Shown here: piece after piece, positions 58,776-64,000 of the stretch
Layout: each line of letters begins with the position of its first letter
How positions within the stretch are numbered: position 1 is the stretch's first letter
Origin: a bacterium
Lineage (GTDB): Bacteria; Bacteroidota; Ignavibacteria; Kapaibacteriales; UBA7675
Reading direction: 5' to 3'
Assembly: GCA_030430495.1 (NCBI GenBank)
Contig: JAUIKM010000009.1
Coordinates: forward strand, 6,250 to 70,249
Length of the DNA: 64,000 nucleotides
The notes under the pieces: generated by a model
The model's database searches: none
Seen by the model: only the letters and a program-made list of their open reading frames with translations
Told to the model about the DNA's origin: nothing
Program-made: the position numbers and the translations under genes

Positions 58776-60586
58776 CAGCGGTTCAGCCAGTTGATGAGCG
58801 TGGTCGCCACAACCACGGCAGCGGACACGAGGTTGACGTAGAAGGAGTATTCCTGCGCCTCCACGCCCGGCGCAAACTGCGGGTCGGCCGGAACGTATAT
58901 GATGTCGCCGGACTCGACCACGATGTCGTCAAAGTTGTCTTCGATCCAGATATTGGTTCGTCCCTTGATCACCGCCGCGCGTCCCATGTCCGCCGATTCG
59001 GCCGCGCCGCCGGCTTGCCGCAGATACCAGGCGGCCGTGCGCCCCTCCACAAAACCGACGTAGCCGGGATTTGCGACGTGGCCGTAGACGTAGACATTCA
59101 TTGGGTTGCGCGGGATCACCAACACGTCGCCGTTCTGCATGGTGATGTTGTCCTGCTCGGAATTTTCCAGCAGGGCCGCGCCGACGTCGCAGGCGGCCAT
59201 CGAGCTGCGCAGCATATTGTGCATGCGGAAACGCGCGGTGTCGCCCAGGCCGAGCGTATAAAATTGCGTCAGGCGCACCTGGGTCTCTTCGGGCGTGTAG
59301 TGTTCCGCTCCCATGAAGTCGCGGCGCAACACGTATGCAAGCGGCAGATAGGCTTCCTCGTTGGTTCCGCCGGCCATTTCCACCAGATCTTTCAGGCGCG
59401 TCTCACCCGGTTGAATGACAAAGGTCCCCGGTTTTGCAACCATGCCGCTGACCGACGCGGTCACGACGCTTGCGGGCTCAAGAGCTGAGCGCTCAACGAC
59501 AATTTTTGCGCCGGCGGTGATGGGGCGATCGCCCTGACCGGACATGACCGCGTTCACGTCGATATTTTCGCGCGAGGCCGAGCCCGGCGCCAGGTAGTAC
59601 ACTTCGTTGGAGTCGGCGTGATCCGCGAGGCCGTAACCGGCGCGCAGCAGCAGCGAGAGGCTGTCGCCGCGGCGCCATGGAATAATGGCGGGGCGGCGCA
59701 CCGCTCCGGCAATCGAAACGGTCGGCGCTTCGGCCGGTTCAAAGGGAACAAAAATTTCATCGCCTTCGCGCAGCGTGGGGTCCTCTTCGGGACGGTTCAA
59801 CAGACGCGCGCGGATGTCGTCGGAAATATGCGAGGTGCCGTCCTTGTGGTAGACGACCGTATTGCGACGCAGCCATTCACAGAGGTAATTCTCGCCCAGT
59901 TCGGACTCTACCTTGGCATAGGCGCGGTCGCGCAAGGTGCGAATGAGCGGTTTGCCGCCGCCGCCGAGTGTGGTCTTTGGATCCTGATTGGCGTACTGCA
60001 CGGCCGTCGAGACGCGCATCGAAGCAGGCAGGGCGTACATGCGCGGATATTTGACGTTGCCGCCGATATCGACAAATACGGTGCGCGCTTTCAGCAGCGA
60101 CACCGCGACGCCCCAATTGGCATTGCGCTCGCGGTACAGCGCTTCGACCGTATCGCGCACTTCGGCCAGATTTCTATCCAGCACGGAAATGCGGCCGATG
60201 CGCGGCAGCATCAACATGCTTTCGGGCGAAATCATCAGCGGATACTCACCGGACAGCGTACCGACCAGTTGCAGCAGCAGCACGTCGCCGGGGCCGACCT
60301 GGTAGACCTCGGGGTCGACCACGTTGTCGGTCGGAAACGCATCGGTGTCGCTCGCCAGCAATTCGAGCGGACTCGCGCCGCTCTGCGCCGACACACCCGG
60401 GCCGGGCATGCCGTAGGAATCGTCGCTGCCACCGCCGAGACCGCCGGACTGGGCGTAGACTGCCGGACAGCAGCAAATCGCGATGAACAGAAGGAGTGCA
60501 TTAAGTCGAAGCGCGGCTCGCATCATAGGTCGGCGTTGCATCACAGAGATGCGCATGTTTGTACAGACAGAGGTTTGTTCAGTCAC
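58775..60586 (-). CDS. Polysaccharide export protein (Wza-like: Poly_export plus SLBB domains).
   Basis: Signal peptide. YQVGPGDVLLLQLVGTLSGEYPLMISPESMLMLPRIGRISVLDRNLAEVRDTV is the Poly_export motif. Multiple SLBB-like beta-grasp repeats follow. Confidence 0.75.
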   Translation of the reverse strand: MTEQTSVCTNMRISVMQRRPMMRAALRLNALLLFIAICCCPAVYAQSGGLGGGSDDSYGMPGPGVSAQSGASPLELLASDTDAFPTDNVVDPEVYQVGPGDVLLLQLVGTLSGEYPLMISPESMLMLPRIGRISVLDRNLAEVRDTVEALYRERNANWGVAVSLLKARTVFVDIGGNVKYPRMYALPASMRVSTAVQYANQDPKTTLGGGGKPLIRTLRDRAYAKVESELGENYLCEWLRRNTVVYHKDGTSHISDDIRARLLNRPEEDPTLREGDEIFVPFEPAEAPTVSIAGAVRRPAIIPWRRGDSLSLLLRAGYGLADHADSNEVYYLAPGSASRENIDVNAVMSGQGDRPITAGAKIVVERSALEPASVVTASVSGMVAKPGTFVIQPGETRLKDLVEMAGGTNEEAYLPLAYVLRRDFMGAEHYTPEETQVRLTQFYTLGLGDTARFRMHNMLRSSMAACDVGAALLENSEQDNITMQNGDVLVIPRNPMNVYVYGHVANPGYVGFVEGRTAAWYLRQAGGAAESADMGRAAVIKGRTNIWIEDNFDDIVVESGDIIYVPADPQFAPGVEAQEYSFYVNLVSAAVVVATTLINWLNR

Positions 60587-61682
60587 GGAGAATCAGATCC
60601 AGATCGTTGGCGATGCGTTCGGCCGCACGCCCGTCCCAGAAGGGCGGAACCTCGGTCCCCTGCGGCGGATGCGCAAAGGTCTCGGCCAGGGCGGTTCGCA
60701 GCAGATCCACCTGCGGCGCAACCAGTCGATTGCTGCCGAGGGTAATTGTCGACGGGCGTTCCGTGCTCGTGCGCATGGTGACGCAGGGCACTTTCAACGC
60801 GGTCGTTTCTTCCTGGATGCCGCCGGAGTCCGTCAGCACGAGCGCGGCTTCGCGCATCAGCGCCGTAAAACGAACGGGCGACTGCGGCTCCAGGATGTGC
60901 AGGCGCGGATGATCTTCGATCATGGCCTGCATTCCGAATTTTTCGATGCGCGCCCGCGTGCGCGGATGCAGCGGCAGGACGACGTCGCGTTCGTCGGCCG
61001 TGTCGCGCAGCAGCTGCAGCAGACCGCGCAACTGTTCTTTGTCGTCGACATTGCTGGGGCGGTGCAGCGTCACCAACACGTACTCCCCCGCCGTCAGTCC
61101 CAACTCGGCGCGCAGCGGACAGGCGCGCGCCGCGTCGAGGATAAAAAACAGCGAGTCGATCATCGTGTTGCCGCGGAAAAAAATGCGCTCGCGCGGCCAG
61201 CCCTCGCGCAGCAGATTGTCCAGGCCGCTCTGTTCCGTCACAAAGGCGTAGTCGCAGACGGCGTCGATCGCCAGACGATTCAATTCTTCCGGCATCTCGC
61301 GATCGCCGGAGCGCAGGCCGGATTCAATGTGCACCAGCGGCACGTGCAGTTTGCGCGCCGTCAGGCCGCAAGCCAGGCTGGAATTGACGTCGCCCACGAC
61401 AATGACAAGGTCGGGTTTGTGCTCCTGCACAACGCCCTCAAACGCCATCATCACGCGCGCTGTCACTTCGGCATGACTGCCGGATCCAACGCCCAGAAAC
61501 ACGTCCGGTTCGGGTAGTTGATGTTCCTGAAAAAAAACATCCGACATGTTGACGTCATAGTGCTGCCCGGTGTGCACAATGACGTGCTGAATGCGATCGG
61601 CACAGGCTTGCAGCGCCCGGTGGATCGGCGCGACTTTCATGAAGTTGGGTCGCGCGCCGACGACCGAAATCACTTTTTTCAT
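60579..61682 (-). CDS. wecB: UDP-N-acetylglucosamine 2-epimerase (non-hydrolysing).
   Basis: MKKVISVVGARPNFMKVAPI...VHTGQHYD...DLVIVVGDVNSSLA...HIESGLRSGD. Full-length WecB. Confidence 0.9.
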   Translation of the reverse strand: MKKVISVVGARPNFMKVAPIHRALQACADRIQHVIVHTGQHYDVNMSDVFFQEHQLPEPDVFLGVGSGSHAEVTARVMMAFEGVVQEHKPDLVIVVGDVNSSLACGLTARKLHVPLVHIESGLRSGDREMPEELNRLAIDAVCDYAFVTEQSGLDNLLREGWPRERIFFRGNTMIDSLFFILDAARACPLRAELGLTAGEYVLVTLHRPSNVDDKEQLRGLLQLLRDTADERDVVLPLHPRTRARIEKFGMQAMIEDHPRLHILEPQSPVRFTALMREAALVLTDSGGIQEETTALKVPCVTMRTSTERPSTITLGSNRLVAPQVDLLRTALAETFAHPPQGTEVPPFWDGRAAERIANDLDLILRD

Positions 61683-63091
61683 TTGCCGTCTCCCAGCAGC
61701 ACCACTTTGGCCCGATCGGCTTCGGGGACGTTGCGGCAGGCATTGCGCGTGTCGATCACCACATTGCTGTTGGCGGCGATCATATCGTAGTCAAAGCTGC
61801 TGTGATCGGTCGTGATCACGCAGACGTCGTAGCCCTTGAGCACGTCCGGATCGATCGCCGGCAGCGAGTCTATCGTGCGGCCGTGAATGCGGATCGACGG
61901 CACGTAGGGATCGAAGTAGTTGATATTCGGGATGTCGTCCTCGTCCAGCAGCTCGATGACTTTGAGCGCCGGCGAGTGGCGCAGATCGTCCACGTCGCGC
62001 TTGAAGGCGACGCCCAGCAGCAGGATGCGAGCCTCGATGGTCGTCACCGGCTGGCGTGCAATCTCGCGCGTAATCATGTCGCGCACATAAAAGGGCATCG
62101 ACTCATTGACTTCGGCCGCCAGCGTGATAAAATTCGTCACGAAGTCGTCCTTGCGCGCCGCCCAGGAGAGGTAGTATGGATCGATCAGGATGCAGTGTCC
62201 GCCGATGCCCGGTCCGGGGAAAAAGGGCATAAAACCGAAAGGTTTGGTGGAGGCGGCTTCAATCGCCTCCCACACGTTGATGCCGCCCATGCGGTCGCAG
62301 AGCTGCGCCAGTTCGTTGACGAGCGCGATGTTGACGCTGCGGAAAATGTTCTCGAGCAGCTTGGACATCTCGGCGACTTTGGGGTTGGACACCGTCACAA
62401 CCTCTGCGATAATCAGCTCGTTGACTTCGGCCGCCAGTTTGGTGCACAGTTGCGTCACACCGCCGACCACGACGGGCGTATTGCCCGTGTTGAACCGCTG
62501 ATTGCCCGGATCGATGCGCTCGGGCGAAAAGGCCAGGAAAAAATTGCGGCCGACTTTTCTCTGCTCGTTTTCGAGCTGGGGCAGCACGTGCCCTTCGGTC
62601 GTGTTCGGAAAAGTCGTGCTTTTGAGAATCACCAGCTGGCCGAGCTGCATGTGCGCCGCGATATTGCCCGTAGCGCTCATGATATACTGGATATCCGGTT
62701 CTTTATTCGGTGTGAACGGCGTCGGAACGCAGATGTAGAGCACATCGCAACCGGCGAGCCGACTGAAGTCGTCCGTGGCGTCGAGCAGATTGTCCCGCAC
62801 CAGTTGACGCAACACGTCGCTGTCGACGTCCTGGATGTAGTTGTCGCCACGATTGATCGCCTGCGTTTTAGCGGCGTCGACGTCGAACCCCAGCACCTGG
62901 ATGCCGCGTTGACCAAACTCGACTGCCAGCGGCAGGCCGACATAGCCGAGCCCGATAATGCCGATTTTCAGCGTTCTGGCACTGATTTTCTCGCGCAGTT
63001 GCGTCGCAAGCGCCGTCGCCTCCGGATGTGCGTTCCGCTCGTTGTAGCCGGGCGCATCTCCCCGTGAACCATGCAGTTGTTGTGACGCCAT
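61679..63091 (-). CDS. Nucleotide-sugar dehydrogenase (UDP-ManNAc / UDP-GlcNAc 6-dehydrogenase, WecC/TviB-like).
   Basis: NAD-binding KIGIIGLGYVGLPLAVEF. The catalytic Cys region and the C-terminal UDP-binding domain are present. Overlaps wecB by 4 nt. Confidence 0.85.
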   Translation of the reverse strand: MASQQLHGSRGDAPGYNERNAHPEATALATQLREKISARTLKIGIIGLGYVGLPLAVEFGQRGIQVLGFDVDAAKTQAINRGDNYIQDVDSDVLRQLVRDNLLDATDDFSRLAGCDVLYICVPTPFTPNKEPDIQYIMSATGNIAAHMQLGQLVILKSTTFPNTTEGHVLPQLENEQRKVGRNFFLAFSPERIDPGNQRFNTGNTPVVVGGVTQLCTKLAAEVNELIIAEVVTVSNPKVAEMSKLLENIFRSVNIALVNELAQLCDRMGGINVWEAIEAASTKPFGFMPFFPGPGIGGHCILIDPYYLSWAARKDDFVTNFITLAAEVNESMPFYVRDMITREIARQPVTTIEARILLLGVAFKRDVDDLRHSPALKVIELLDEDDIPNINYFDPYVPSIRIHGRTIDSLPAIDPDVLKGYDVCVITTDHSSFDYDMIAANSNVVIDTRNACRNVPEADRAKVVLLGDGK

Positions 63092-63100
63092 AGTCTTTAT

Positions 63101-64000
63101 TCAGAGCTTGTAATGTTGTCGATAATACTCGCGGTACGCGCCGGACCGCACGTGCGCACACCAATCGGCGTTGGCGCGGTACCATTCGATCGTAGACCGC
63201 AAACCCGCTTCAAAGCTGTGCCGCGGTTGCCAGCCGAGATTGCTCCGCAGAGCGCTCGCATCCACCGAATAGCGGAAATCGTGCCCGGGTCTGTCCGCAA
63301 CAAAGCGGATTAAACGTTCCGATTTGCCTAAAATTTGAAGGATGGCGCGAACAACGTCCATGTTCGCCTGTTCGCCGTCGGCGCCGATGTTATACACTTC
63401 ACCGGCATTTGCGTTGCAATACACCGCCCAGACGGCGCTGCAATGGTCGTCCACGTGAATCCAGTCGCGCACATTCTCGCCGTCGCCATACACCGGCAGC
63501 GGCTCGTCGTCCAGCGCATTGAGGATCATCAGAGGAATGAGTTTTTCGGGGAATTGACGCGGGCCGTAGTTGTTGGAGCAGCGCGTAATCACAGTGTCCA
63601 TGCCGTAGGTGTGGTGGTAGGCGCGCACCATCAGGTCGGCGCTCGTCTTGGACGCCGCGTAGGGTGAATTGGGCCGCAGCTGTGAGTGTTCCGTAAAAGT
63701 TCCGTCGCGGCCGAGCGTGCCGTACACTTCGTCGGTGGAAATCTGCAGAAAACGACGAATGCCGTGGGCGCGGGCGCACTCAAGCAGCGCCAACGTGCCG
63801 GAAACATTAGTGTCGACAAAAATCGCCGGGCCGCTGATCGAACGGTCCACGTGCGTTTCCGCCGCAAAGTTGATAATGCCGTCGAAGTCCTGTTCACCGA
63901 CCGTTTTGTTCAGCGCCGCAGCGTCGCGGATGTCGCCGTGGACAAAAGTGTAGCGCGGGTCGGATTCCAGATCGCTGAGATTTTCCAGGTTGCCGGCGTA
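63101..64000 (-). CDS. rfbB: dTDP-glucose 4,6-dehydratase (partial: the 5' end is beyond the window end).
   Basis: HFAAETHVDRSISGPAIFVDTNV...TDEVYG...PYAASKTSADLMVRAYHHTYG...C-terminal ...YYRQHYKL. The frame stays open from 63850 up to position 64000 (AGNLENLSDLESDPRYTFVHGDIRD...). Confidence 0.85.
   Translation of the reverse strand, partial: YAGNLENLSDLESDPRYTFVHGDIRDAAALNKTVGEQDFDGIINFAAETHVDRSISGPAIFVDTNVSGTLALLECARAHGIRRFLQISTDEVYGTLGRDGTFTEHSQLRPNSPYAASKTSADLMVRAYHHTYGMDTVITRCSNNYGPRQFPEKLIPLMILNALDDEPLPVYGDGENVRDWIHVDDHCSAVWAVYCNANAGEVYNIGADGEQANMDVVRAILQILGKSERLIRFVADRPGHDFRYSVDASALRSNLGWQPRHSFEAGLRSTIEWYRANADWCAHVRSGAYREYYRQHYKL

Noticed and set aside
1-64000. CRISPR arrays, rRNA genes, integrases, transposases and toxin-antitoxin or defence islands.
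   Set aside because: I scanned for regularly spaced direct repeats and for hallmark motifs and found none. The only repeats are those listed (the 243-bp pair, the 70-bp pair, the octamer tract and the hairpin family). The window is dominated by housekeeping and envelope-biogenesis genes.

Overview
This is a high-GC window, roughly 60-65% by eye. It is densely coding and appears to come from an FCB-group (Bacteroidota-like) bacterium. Evidence for that: two secreted proteins end in Por/T9SS C-terminal sorting domains, and there are two DUF2723 (TMEM260-type) GT-C membrane proteins.

Gene content, left to right:
- A partial periplasmic two-component-regulator-propeller sensor, running off the left edge.
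- Two tandem copies of a 243-bp non-coding element.
- A lipoprotein and a Tat-signal class V (SufS/IscS-fold) PLP enzyme.
- A seven-gene efflux operon, 6561-13334: TetR, TolC, HlyD, two ABC ATPases and two ABC-2 permeases (YbhGFSR-like).
- A hemW, DUF2723, threonine dehydratase operon on the minus strand.
- Two T9SS cargo genes, followed by a second DUF2723 paralog.
- lepA followed by three tandem signal peptidase I paralogs.
- An nDsbD-duplicated DsbD and an MsbA-like ABC exporter.
- An RluB-like pseudouridine synthase with an RGG/YGG N-terminal tail and a poly-acidic C-terminal tail, then DedA and AccA.
- A large surface-polysaccharide and glycosylation locus, 39350-64000, with these genes:
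  - glycosyltransferases: GT2 and GT4, and a putative GT-C;
  - membrane assembly and priming: a Wzx-like flippase, a WbaP-type priming transferase, a Dpm1-like polyprenol-P-mannose synthase and a Wzy/O-antigen-ligase-like protein;
  - accessory: SufE;
  - outer-membrane and export: a Wzi-like OMP and a Wza-like exporter;
  - nucleotide-sugar supply: WecB, a nucleotide-sugar dehydrogenase and a partial RfbB.
  - Maf, an orphan ABC permease and PlsY sit inside it.

Non-genic signals:
- A family of intergenic hairpin or MITE-like elements built on TTGTTTGTC / GACAAACAA.
- A perfect 2x70-bp tandem duplication.
- A 24-bp perfect palindrome upstream of the T9SS cargo genes.
- A striking genome-wide excess of TTAA-core motifs, GTT(T)AA(A)C, in all frames of coding DNA.

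I saw no CRISPR array, rRNA, or convincing tRNA. Many long antisense ORFs in the six-frame track are GC-driven artefacts.
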